Below are positions 17,803 to 27,049 of a DNA stretch of 62,533 nt, piece by piece (position 1 is the stretch's first letter; each line of letters begins with the position of its first letter). The notes beneath the pieces were generated by a model, which saw only the letters and a program-made list of their open reading frames with translations, had not been told where the DNA came from and ran no database searches. The DNA comes from an uncultured Desulfurococcaceae archaeon. GTDB taxonomy: Archaea > Thermoproteota > Thermoprotei_A > Sulfolobales > NBVN01. The stretch spans positions 1 through 62,533 of the forward strand of contig CAZWSU010000048.1 in the NCBI GenBank assembly GCA_964636755.1, read 5' to 3'. Made by a program: the position numbers and the translations under genes.

Positions 17803-19269
17803 TTGAGGTCGTTAACTATGATGAAGTTTCCGCCGAACTTCTTACTTGGTTTTAGTGAATCAGGTTTTCAGTTTGAGATGGGTTTCCCTGATCAGACAGA
17901 CCCCAATACTGACTGGTGGATATGGGTTCACGACCCTGATAATATCGCTTCAGGTATCGTAAGCGGTCATTTACCTGAGGAAGGTCCTGGCTACCTAACA
18001 CTTTACAAGATAGATCACGAAATAGCCGATAGATTAGGTGCTAACACGTTAAGACTAGGTGTAGAGTGGAGCAGAATCTTCCCTAAATCTACTAAGCAAG
18101 TACCGGTTACTATAGAAAGAGATGAGGAGGGAGTCATAACTCACGTTGAGATGAACGAGAATACCTTAAACTTGCTTCGAGAATTAGCTAATAAGAAAGC
18201 GATAGAGACCTATAGGTACTTGTTTAAAGACTGGGTTAGTAAGGGAAAGAAATTGATACTCAATTTAAACCACTTCACTCTCCCGTCCTGGCTTCATAAC
18301 CCGGTAGAGCTAAGGCTTCGGGGAGTCGCTTCAGCACCCTCAGGTTGGTTAAGCGAGGATTCTATTATAGAGTTCACGAAATATGCTTACCTAGTAGCAC
18401 ACGAATTTTCCGATCTAGTAGATATGTGGAACACGCTTAACGAACCTAACGTAGTAGCTACTGCAGGCTACTTAAACGTCAAGTCCGGCTTTCCCCCAGG
18501 ACTCGCAAGCATGGAGTATACCATGATCGCGTTGAGAAACCAGATGATCGCTCACGCAAGAGCTTACGATACGTTAAAAGAGGTCACTAAGAAACCTGTT
18601 GGCATAATACATAACTTCATGTGTTTCGAGCCTTTGAATCCTGAGAATCCAGACGATGTTTCCGCAGCGTTTAACGCGTCACTATTGTATAATCACTTAT
18701 TCATAGACTCTGTCACTCAGGGGTCATCCATGTTGGTGTCATCAGATTCGCTGAGGAACAGGCTTGACTGGATAGGCGTGAACTACTACACACGAATGGT
18801 TGTTACGTCAGATAGGAAGCTAATGACTGGGTGGAGGTATATTCCGGGTTACGGATTTCTCTGTACGCCTGACGAGCTGAGTAAGGCTGGTAAGCCCTGT
18901 AGCGACTTCGGTTGGGAAACCTACCCGGAGGGCCTGGAGAAGGTGTTGCTCGAAGTATATGAGAGGCATAAACTCCCGATAATTGTGACCGAGAACGGCA
19001 TAGCGGACTCCGCAGATAAATACAGGTCTTCCTACATCTTAACACATCTCCTAAGTGTTTTGAGAGCTTTAGAGAAAGGAATTGATATTAGAGGCTACCT
19101 GCACTGGGCTTTAATAGACAATTATGAGTGGGCCATGGGCTTCAACATGAGATTCGGCTTAGTTAAGGTAGACTTCTCGACTAAGAAGAGGTATCTAAGA
19201 CCTAGTGCGTTATTCTTCAAGGAAATAGCGACGAGGCACGAAATACCTGAAGACCTACTATTCGTTTAG
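17803..19269 (+). CDS. GH1 beta-glycosidase (LacS-like)
   Basis: N-terminus FPPNFLLGFSESGFQFEMG, acid/base motif TLNEPN and nucleophile motif VTENGIAD. The likely start is ATG 17818. Confidence 0.9.
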   Translation: MRSLTMMKFPPNFLLGFSESGFQFEMGFPDQTDPNTDWWIWVHDPDNIASGIVSGHLPEEGPGYLTLYKIDHEIADRLGANTLRLGVEWSRIFPKSTKQVPVTIERDEEGVITHVEMNENTLNLLRELANKKAIETYRYLFKDWVSKGKKLILNLNHFTLPSWLHNPVELRLRGVASAPSGWLSEDSIIEFTKYAYLVAHEFSDLVDMWNTLNEPNVVATAGYLNVKSGFPPGLASMEYTMIALRNQMIAHARAYDTLKEVTKKPVGIIHNFMCFEPLNPENPDDVSAAFNASLLYNHLFIDSVTQGSSMLVSSDSLRNRLDWIGVNYYTRMVVTSDRKLMTGWRYIPGYGFLCTPDELSKAGKPCSDFGWETYPEGLEKVLLEVYERHKLPIIVTENGIADSADKYRSSYILTHLLSVLRALEKGIDIRGYLHWALIDNYEWAMGFNMRFGLVKVDFSTKKRYLRPSALFFKEIATRHEIPEDLLFV

Positions 19270-19295
19270 AATCTCAAGGACCGAGTTGATTAAGC

Positions 19296-21443
19296 TTGAT
19301 TAAACTAATTAGTAATAAAAACGTTGATATCTGGATTGAATCAATAAAGATTCTGGGAGTTGGCGAAGAACGCGAGATCAAGCATCGCCCTACACTTATT
19401 CAGGGAGTTAATAAGTCCACGCTCTACGTTTTCGAGGATGACGGTTATAACCTAAAATTAAGAATTGACGAGAACGAAGGAATTTCAGTGCTTGGCGCGG
19501 AAATACCCACGTCCTTACAGAAACTGGGTATTGAGCCCTTAGAGATCAAGACCTCAATAAAACCATCACCAGAGAAAACACTCGTCTTAACGAATCTAAA
19601 CTTCCTAGGGAAAACGTATGAGACCGCTATGAGGTATTACAATATGAGGGTACTAGGTGTTGAGGAAGGGGTTCCTCCACCAGAGGATATATCCATCCCT
19701 TCCCAGCACGCGCCCTTAGACCTGATCCAACATTATGGCTCAGTACCTGCGTGGTTATACCCTATTCACGTTGACGACATCAACAAAATACCCTCATTTA
19801 CTATCATGATCTTATCGAGAGTTAGAGAATATTACTTCGCGGCGTTAGGGCTCGCGGATAACTCAGTAACGTACTTTCATCCAGGCATGTGTATTAAGTC
19901 GTACACAGGATTTGAGGAAGACACGTTAAGGTTTACCTGGCTCGCTGCTCTAGGTCTCGGGGACAGCCCGTACGAGCTAATTGAAAGATTATTTGAGCAA
20001 GCTAGTTTAAGACTTAACTTTAAACTACGTGTTCATAAAGAGAAGCCTAAAAACTTTAACGGTCTTGGTTGGTGTTCTTGGAACGCTCTAGGATTGCGTG
20101 ACTTGACTTCAAAGAACGTACTCAGCGTAGTTAGAGACTTAATAGTAAGAGGGGTTAAGCTCTCGTACGTCATAATAGATGATGGCTGGCAAGCAGAGAA
20201 GGAAGAAGAGCTCCGAATACCTGGATACGCGCCCATCAAGCTTAGAGTACTTGAAGATCTAGAACCAAACAGTGAAAAATTTGAGGGAGGGTTCCCCACT
20301 CTAGTAAGGGAACTAAAGAATCTAGGAATACGTCATGTAGGTTTATGGCATACTTTAAATCTCCACTGGGGAGGTTTCTCTGAGAGAGTAGCTAACGAAC
20401 TTAGTGTGACGGCGATTAAATCGTTAATTCAGCCAGGATGTGCGTTATCTCCTTCATTTAGTGAGTACTTCAGAGCGTATAAGAACCTCTACAGCAAACT
20501 TAATAAAGAGGGGTTTTCTTTTGTTAAAGTAGATAATCAGTGGATTATTGAGCCACTTTACTTGGGTGTGGAGAATGCAGGGTCTGCAGCTAAGAAAGCT
20601 CAAAACGCGTTACAGGAAGCTTCCGTTGAGTCAGGACTGGAAATACTTAACTGTATGTCGATGACCCCCTCCTGCCTCTTCAATTATTGGAGAAGCAACG
20701 TAGTGAGAGCTTCAATAGATTACGTTCCTTTCTGGCGTTCCGGAGCTAAATTACATAATTATTTCTGCCTCTACAATAGTTTGCTAGTGTCTCAGATAGC
20801 TTACCCCGACTATGACATGTTCATAACCTATGACGAAGCCTCACTCCTCCACCTAATTTTCAGGGTCTTGAGTGGAGGACCTATATACATCACGGACAGG
20901 GAAGTAGACAAGACTAACTTTGACTTACTGAGGAAAATTCTCTTACCAGATGGTGATGTTGTGAAACCGGATGAGCCGGCCCTACCCACCCTAGACATAT
21001 TATTCAAGAACCCCTACATGGAGCCCGTACTACTCAAGGCTTTTACAAGGATAGGAAAACATTTCGTAATAGGAGTTGGTAACGTATACCGTCATGGCGG
21101 CGTAGTCAAGGACACCGTTTCACTGTCTCATACCAAGTATTACGTACCCGGCGGTAATTACCTAGTGTATAGAGTGTTAACTAACGAGAAATTCCTCGTA
21201 AGCGGTCCGGATGAGAAGGTAGAGATAGAATTAGATGAGTTAGAAGCTGATGTCTTAGTGTTTACTAGGATAGAGGACGGGTTAGGCGTGGCAGGTCTTA
21301 GGGATTATCTTCTACCACCATACCCCATCAGGATAAAGGATGAAACCAGCGTTGAAACAAGAGCTCCAGGTACGCTTATTTATTATAAAAATGGTGATAT
21401 TATTGAGTTAAGTCTGAGAGAAGGAGTTCTACACAAGCTGTGA
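19296..21443 (+). CDS. GH36-type alpha-galactosidase (raffinose-synthase/Sip1-like, GalS-like)
   Basis: YVIIDDGWQ and FVKVDNQW motifs and a 715-aa length. It is adjacent to GH1 and to galactose-metabolism genes. Confidence 0.75.
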   Translation: MIKLISNKNVDIWIESIKILGVGEEREIKHRPTLIQGVNKSTLYVFEDDGYNLKLRIDENEGISVLGAEIPTSLQKLGIEPLEIKTSIKPSPEKTLVLTNLNFLGKTYETAMRYYNMRVLGVEEGVPPPEDISIPSQHAPLDLIQHYGSVPAWLYPIHVDDINKIPSFTIMILSRVREYYFAALGLADNSVTYFHPGMCIKSYTGFEEDTLRFTWLAALGLGDSPYELIERLFEQASLRLNFKLRVHKEKPKNFNGLGWCSWNALGLRDLTSKNVLSVVRDLIVRGVKLSYVIIDDGWQAEKEEELRIPGYAPIKLRVLEDLEPNSEKFEGGFPTLVRELKNLGIRHVGLWHTLNLHWGGFSERVANELSVTAIKSLIQPGCALSPSFSEYFRAYKNLYSKLNKEGFSFVKVDNQWIIEPLYLGVENAGSAAKKAQNALQEASVESGLEILNCMSMTPSCLFNYWRSNVVRASIDYVPFWRSGAKLHNYFCLYNSLLVSQIAYPDYDMFITYDEASLLHLIFRVLSGGPIYITDREVDKTNFDLLRKILLPDGDVVKPDEPALPTLDILFKNPYMEPVLLKAFTRIGKHFVIGVGNVYRHGGVVKDTVSLSHTKYYVPGGNYLVYRVLTNEKFLVSGPDEKVEIELDELEADVLVFTRIEDGLGVAGLRDYLLPPYPIRIKDETSVETRAPGTLIYYKNGDIIELSLREGVLHKL

Positions 21444-21455
21444 GGTGCGTGAAGT

Positions 21456-22799
21456 ATGGCCGTCAAAAAGTTTATGGTTCTATTCTTTATCACCATGCTG
21501 ATGATGCTTTACGCGGATCAGAATCTAATAGCTCCGATGTTAAGAACTTTAAGAAATGATGGTATGATCATAGGCGGGGAGGAAGACTGGTACTATTATG
21601 CAGGGTTGCTAGGAACTATCCCGGTACTGTCTGGAATAATCACAACGTTTGTGTGGGGATATCTCGCAGATAAATTAAGTAGGAGATTACTGTTTGCGGT
21701 AGCAGTGCTTGTTGGCGAGATACCGTGTTTTCTGACCGCTTTCGCAAACGACTACTACCAGATGTTAGTCCTTCGGGCGTTGACGGGTGTTGGGATAAAT
21801 GGAGCGGCACCAGTAGCTAGAGCGTTGATCTCCGATCTTTATCCCCCCGAGGAGAGGGGGAAGGGCTACGCGTTATATAACTTCGGTTCTGGTTTCGGAG
21901 TGCTTCTCGGGATGCTATTAGCCGGGATAGTCCTAAGCACGGGTCTGAGTTGGAGGGTTCCGTTCATGCTAGCAGCAGCGCCTAATTTCATCCTAGTCCC
22001 GCTATTTTTGTTGACTGTCAAGGAGGTGAAGCTAGGGTACGCTGAGCCGGAGATAAGGAAGTTCTACGAGATGGGTTACGAGTACAGGTTTAAGATAAAT
22101 CTAAGAGAATTCTTCATGGCACTAGTCACTACCCCGACACTGATATTTATGTACCTTCAAGGGGTTCCTGGGACTTTCCCGTGGGGCGCGATACCTTATT
22201 GGGCACCCACGTTCTTCCAGGAAAAGTGGGGATTATCTGAAGCTACAGCAACTTTCATAGTATTCGTAGCTGGCATGGGGATGATGATAGGGTACTTCGT
22301 AGGCGGGCTCCTCTCAGACAAGCTTATAAATAAAGGCCTGTCTAAGGGTAGACTGATAGTGCCTTTCACCGGTATTCTCATAGGTACCTTCACGGTAATA
22401 ATGCTTCTCTCATATCCCTATCCTTACGGTGAGGAGACACTTACCGCGCTAATCCCGGTAATCATAATTAGTTTGCTTGGAATGATCTTCGTGACTTTCG
22501 CAGCCCCGAACGTCCCCGCAGTCCTCAGCGAGGTATCGTTACCGGAACACAGAGGAACTATTTTCGGGATGTTCAACATAACGGATAATATAGGCTCTGC
22601 TTTCGGTCCAGTAATAGCTAGTGCTTTCATGATATTCTTCCAATCAAACGGTGTTCCAGAACCAGACAACATGTTACTTGGTCTGATAGCAGTAAGTCTT
22701 TTATGGATTCCTTGCGCGTTATTATGGCTTCCTGCATTCAGAACATACGAAAAAGACAAGAAGAAGTTAAGGAAGACTCTAGCTGAAAGAAGTGTGTAG
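21456..22799 (+). CDS. MFS transporter (probable sugar/glycoside importer)
   Basis: 447 aa, about 12 TM, with an MFS loop motif region GYLADKLSRR. It lies 12 nt downstream of the alpha-galactosidase gene. Confidence 0.75.
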   Translation: MAVKKFMVLFFITMLMMLYADQNLIAPMLRTLRNDGMIIGGEEDWYYYAGLLGTIPVLSGIITTFVWGYLADKLSRRLLFAVAVLVGEIPCFLTAFANDYYQMLVLRALTGVGINGAAPVARALISDLYPPEERGKGYALYNFGSGFGVLLGMLLAGIVLSTGLSWRVPFMLAAAPNFILVPLFLLTVKEVKLGYAEPEIRKFYEMGYEYRFKINLREFFMALVTTPTLIFMYLQGVPGTFPWGAIPYWAPTFFQEKWGLSEATATFIVFVAGMGMMIGYFVGGLLSDKLINKGLSKGRLIVPFTGILIGTFTVIMLLSYPYPYGEETLTALIPVIIISLLGMIFVTFAAPNVPAVLSEVSLPEHRGTIFGMFNITDNIGSAFGPVIASAFMIFFQSNGVPEPDNMLLGLIAVSLLWIPCALLWLPAFRTYEKDKKKLRKTLAERSV

Positions 22800-22820
22800 G
22801 TTTAGGTGAAGTTTGAGATA

Positions 22821-24125
22821 TTAACTCGTGTTCTCCTCTTCGTAATCTATTCTAGCCCCCTCATCAACCGAGACAACCCAACCTCTCCTCACGAGACTCC
22901 CGGTTTGGTGCAGAACTCTGAGCCCTCCCTCATCACCCTCAACTAAAGCAAGTAAAGAACCTCCCATACCTGCGCCAGAGATTTTCACACCTAAAGCACC
23001 TGCTTCTAGAGCTCTCGCTCTAATCACCTCCAGCTCGGGAGTGCTCACCTCGTAGAGATCTCTTAGTAAGACGTGTTGATAATTTATTAGTCCGCCGAGA
23101 AGTCTCAATACCTCATTGCTAGACTTAGAAGAAGCTATTAAGCAATCAGGACACTCCATCTCTAGAAGATCCTCTATTAACGCGCCTAAACTCCTGGTCC
23201 AGCCTTCCTCGATTAATCTCAGCGCTAATATGGTTGATGCGTGCATCTTCAGCGTGAACACTATTCTCTTTCTTGACGTTGGGTTCACGTCCTCTAATAA
23301 TGGCGTGAGGTACTCTAACCTAAGATTACCCCAGTCCGTTTCGTAAACGTCTTCTTTCAGGAGAGTTCTGATGTTTTCCGGAAGCTTCGAAGACTTCAGT
23401 AAGTCACGTAACCCGCTAACAAGTTCTTTTACCCTTGCTGAGTGAACATCTCTGGTAGAGTGTCTAATACCTGAATCTAAGACTACGAACTCTAACGGGA
23501 ATCCTTTGAAGGTCTTAGTTCTAAAAGGGGGTTTCGTTTCTATTAACGTAATGCCACCCATCACGGAACCGTACTGGTCTAACCTCCCGCAAGGAATACC
23601 CATCACATCATGCTCGCTCTGGTAAGCTAGCTCAGCGATTTCCTGCCTAGATAACCCTAACCCAAACAACTTGTTTAAGCCGGTAATAGCGGCTACTTGC
23701 AGAGCAGCGCTGCTAGCTAGTCCGGAAGCTATAGGTACTTCACTATAGATGAGCATGTTAAAGTTCCTCACTCTTAATCCTTTCTCACGGAGAGCTATGG
23801 CGATAGACCTAACGTAGTCACCGAACCACTCCCTACCCCTCAGCGAAACATCATTGACGTTGAAGATATCCACACACTCACTGCCTTCCTCACACAAATT
23901 CAGGGAGATCGCTCTCGAAGTAGCCTCGGCTTCGGATACGGCTATGTAAGCTCTCTTATTAATAGCTACTGAAACAACCGGCAAACCCTTGTAGTCCTGG
24001 TGTGTATTAAGGAAGTCCAGACGCCCCGGCGAGGACGCGATCAGGGAAGGCGAATTATTAAAGAACTTCCTAAACTCTTTCAAGGATTTAGTAAGAACAT
24101 CAGAAGCAATAGCCAAGCACATCAC
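22821..24125 (-). CDS. galK: Galactokinase-family GHMP sugar-1-kinase (divergent signature)
   Basis: GHMP motif PIASGLASSAALQVA and N-terminal GRLDFLNTHQDY in place of the canonical GRxN[LIV]IGEHxDY. It overlaps galT by 26 nt. Confidence 0.7.
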   Translation of the reverse strand: MMCLAIASDVLTKSLKEFRKFFNNSPSLIASSPGRLDFLNTHQDYKGLPVVSVAINKRAYIAVSEAEATSRAISLNLCEEGSECVDIFNVNDVSLRGREWFGDYVRSIAIALREKGLRVRNFNMLIYSEVPIASGLASSAALQVAAITGLNKLFGLGLSRQEIAELAYQSEHDVMGIPCGRLDQYGSVMGGITLIETKPPFRTKTFKGFPLEFVVLDSGIRHSTRDVHSARVKELVSGLRDLLKSSKLPENIRTLLKEDVYETDWGNLRLEYLTPLLEDVNPTSRKRIVFTLKMHASTILALRLIEEGWTRSLGALIEDLLEMECPDCLIASSKSSNEVLRLLGGLINYQHVLLRDLYEVSTPELEVIRARALEAGALGVKISGAGMGGSLLALVEGDEGGLRVLHQTGSLVRRGWVVSVDEGARIDYEEENTS

Positions 24126-25119
24126 CTAACTTCTTAACACTCTCCCTACAAGCACTTCTTAATTCCTTGACTCTCTCCTCAGGCACCCCGTCGTAAGTGA
24201 AAGTCCAGTAACCCCATTCAATTCCTGCAGCATACTTCAACTTATCTCGATCCCTGTACGGCTGGTAAAACTCCACGTGGAAATGATATGGGTAGTCCCC
24301 CTTAGAGGGGTGGTTATGTAGTACCATAATGTAGGGGGCGTCACGGTCCAGAAGCGCGTTGTAGGTAGCTGTCACTACCCTCAAAGAATCCGCGAGGAAC
24401 TTCAAGTCCTCATCACTGAGCTCATTAATAGACCTCACGTGCTTTTTCACGTAGACATGTAGTTCGTAGGGCCACATAGCGTAATAAGGTAGTAAGATCG
24501 TGAAAACAGAGTTCTCATATACGAGCCTAGACTTACACGTAAGCTCATACTCCAGTATGTCGCAGAGAACACACTTAAAAAGCTTGTTCCAGTAATCTTG
24601 GAAAACCTCTATTTCTGCCTCAATCTTAGGCGGTATGAAGGGTAAAGCATATATTTGTGAGTGTGGATGCGTCAAAGAAACACCTACTTCTTTTCCTTTA
24701 TTCCTGAATATAGCGATATACTCCACGTAATTAAGCTTGGAGAGCTTCTCGTACTCCTCCCTATAAGCTTTAACAACCTCCCAAACGTGCTTGAGACTGA
24801 GTGTGTGTAGATCTCCTTCATGATCCGGGGTTTCAATAACGACCTCAGACACACCCCTAGCATCTAACACCTTGTAGAGAGGAAAGTCCGGCTTAGGTGC
24901 TGGGGTAGGGTTAGGGAGTAATGCGGGGTATTTATTAGGCAGAACCACCACGTTCCAGGACTTTAAATCCTTGAGTTCTGGCGCACCAGGACAGAAGGGG
25001 CAAGGAAAGCTTTCCTTCTCATCTGGTCTCCAGGGCCTAACAGCTCTGTGAGGAGCTACGATAATCCACTGCTTAATGAGGGGGTTCCAACGGATCTCAT
25101 GCATGTACCTACCCAACAT
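24100..25119 (-). CDS. galT: Galactose-1-phosphate uridylyltransferase (class I, HIT superfamily)
   Basis: CPFCPG zinc motif and the active-site motif LTHPHSQIY (His-Pro-His). Length is 339 aa. Confidence 0.85.
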   Translation of the reverse strand: MLGRYMHEIRWNPLIKQWIIVAPHRAVRPWRPDEKESFPCPFCPGAPELKDLKSWNVVVLPNKYPALLPNPTPAPKPDFPLYKVLDARGVSEVVIETPDHEGDLHTLSLKHVWEVVKAYREEYEKLSKLNYVEYIAIFRNKGKEVGVSLTHPHSQIYALPFIPPKIEAEIEVFQDYWNKLFKCVLCDILEYELTCKSRLVYENSVFTILLPYYAMWPYELHVYVKKHVRSINELSDEDLKFLADSLRVVTATYNALLDRDAPYIMVLHNHPSKGDYPYHFHVEFYQPYRDRDKLKYAAGIEWGYWTFTYDGVPEERVKELRSACRESVKKLGDVLGYCF

Positions 25120-25194
25120 ATATTTCTTGATTATCGTTAAATCTTCATTAATTCTTGATTCGTAAGCGTGGAGGGTCTTCCTTGAGACAAGTGA

Positions 25195-26934
25195 TTAAGT
25201 CGTTGAGGGTTCCCTGCCCTGAGGAGCAGAGCCTTCACGTGCGGGTGATCTACCTAAGATGTTTGTTAGAGCTTTCTGGCTTAGAGCTCTTTCTCTTATC
25301 TCGTTAATCAGTTCTCTTATAAACGTGTCGAGAGGTACGTTGCTTGCTTGTAGGTTTCCTCTACCTCTAATCGTTACGGTTTTCTGTACTACTTCCCTAC
25401 GCCCGACCACTAATACGTAGGGTATTGCTTGCTCGTAAGCCATCTTTATTTTCTTTTGGAGTGTCTCATCACTTAAGTCTTCTACAGCTCTAATACCTGC
25501 GTTCTTAAGTTTCTCCGTGACTTCTAACGCATATTCGGCCACATCCTTAGACACGGGCACCACAACTACCTGGACAGGGCTTAGCCAGGTCGGTAGCCTA
25601 CCCTCAAACTCTTCTATGATTATGGCCATGAATCTCTCAATACTCCCTAATATGGCTCTATGGATCATGACAGGTCTTTTCTTACTCCCGTCGCTATCTA
25701 CGTACTCTAGGTTGAATCTCTCAGGTAATGCGAAATCTACCTGTATAGTGCTACATTGCCACCACCTGCCTAGAGAGTCTCTAAAGTGAACGTCTATTTT
25801 CGGCCCGTAGAAGGCTCCCTCACCTTCCTTAACCTCATACTGAATACCTAGCTTGTCGAGCGCGCGCTTAAGCGACTGAGTTGCTTTATCCCATGCTTCA
25901 TCAGAACCTATGTACTTCTCCGGCTTGGTTGAGAGGTATATCCTGGTATTTTCCCTAGCTATGCCAAACAAGGAAAGAAGGTTGAAGACCTCCCTAAGAA
26001 TGTTCCCAACCTCTAACTCAATCTGGTCTTCCCTCACGAAGGCGTGTCCATCGTCTTGCGTGAATCCTCTAACTCTAAGTAAACCGAATAACTCCCCTCT
26101 CTTCTCCCACCTATAAACAGTGCCAAACTCAGCAAGCCTTATGGGGAGGTCTCTATAGCTCCTGGTTCTGCTCTTATATATTAAGATATGTCCGGGGCAA
26201 TTCATCGGCTTAACCCCGTACTCCTCGCCGTCAACATCCGCTAAGACCATCTTATCTCTGTAGAGGTCGTAGTGACCGCTAATCTTCCATAATATGGATC
26301 TGTAGACGTGGGGCGTGTAGACCTCGCTATAGCCTAGCCTGCTGTTTATTTCCTTAACTAGCTTTATCAACTCCTCCCTTATCAACTGCCCTTTAGGATG
26401 GTATATGACTAGGCCGGGACCTGCCTCCTCATAAAAATCGAATAAGTCTAGCTTCTGACCGAGGACTCTGTGATCTCTCTTAATAGCCTCCTCGTAATAC
26501 TCAACCCACTCCCTATACTCACTTAAGTCATCGAAAGCCACACCAATAAGTCTAACCAAGCTGACGTCCTTAGCCGGGTTATGAGCAGAGATATTCCTTA
26601 TCAAGACAGCCTTAACCACTTTTTCAGAAGGCTTTACCTCAGACTCCAGAAAAACATCGACACCGTTGACTTCATAGGTAGCGCTTCGCCCAAGCAACCT
26701 AACGAGCTCGTCACTCACTAAACCAACATACTTGGGGACGACGCCGCCAGAACTCTCTAACTCCACGATAGCTTTCTCAATTTTCCTCACCAAACTCTCG
26801 TTAGGCCACTCACCTGAAGTCGATATAAAGTCGCATTTAAAACCGTCCTCGCTAACACTACAACCTACAGGCCTCAACCAAGGCACATCCCTAGAAATCA
26901 CGTACTGGAGTAGTAACCCAGCCCTCGCGAGCAC
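25195..26934 (-). CDS. thrS: Threonyl-tRNA synthetase, apparently catalytic-type without an archaeal N-terminal editing domain
   Basis: MIHRAILGSIERF, class II core motifs (RVRGFTQDDGH), and a C-terminal anticodon-binding domain. It has a GTG start. The N-terminus begins inside an N2/SAD-like region (LARAGLLL...GFKCDF). Confidence 0.85.
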   Translation of the reverse strand: MLARAGLLLQYVISRDVPWLRPVGCSVSEDGFKCDFISTSGEWPNESLVRKIEKAIVELESSGGVVPKYVGLVSDELVRLLGRSATYEVNGVDVFLESEVKPSEKVVKAVLIRNISAHNPAKDVSLVRLIGVAFDDLSEYREWVEYYEEAIKRDHRVLGQKLDLFDFYEEAGPGLVIYHPKGQLIREELIKLVKEINSRLGYSEVYTPHVYRSILWKISGHYDLYRDKMVLADVDGEEYGVKPMNCPGHILIYKSRTRSYRDLPIRLAEFGTVYRWEKRGELFGLLRVRGFTQDDGHAFVREDQIELEVGNILREVFNLLSLFGIARENTRIYLSTKPEKYIGSDEAWDKATQSLKRALDKLGIQYEVKEGEGAFYGPKIDVHFRDSLGRWWQCSTIQVDFALPERFNLEYVDSDGSKKRPVMIHRAILGSIERFMAIIIEEFEGRLPTWLSPVQVVVVPVSKDVAEYALEVTEKLKNAGIRAVEDLSDETLQKKIKMAYEQAIPYVLVVGRREVVQKTVTIRGRGNLQASNVPLDTFIRELINEIRERALSQKALTNILGRSPAREGSAPQGREPSTT

Positions 26935-27049
26935 TTCAGGTTTTAAAGAGACAGTGTTTGGCGTTGCATTACCACCAACCTCTTACTGAACATCACTTAA
27001 TAAGCGCAGACAACCCTAATATAGTTTTGACTAGGTAAACGATCCTCTA

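Noticed and set aside
25120-25194. A direct repeat TTCTTGATT (two copies) between the galT start and the thrS stop.
   Set aside because: It is 9 bp in an AT-rich spacer, which is compatible with chance, and there is no supporting symmetry.
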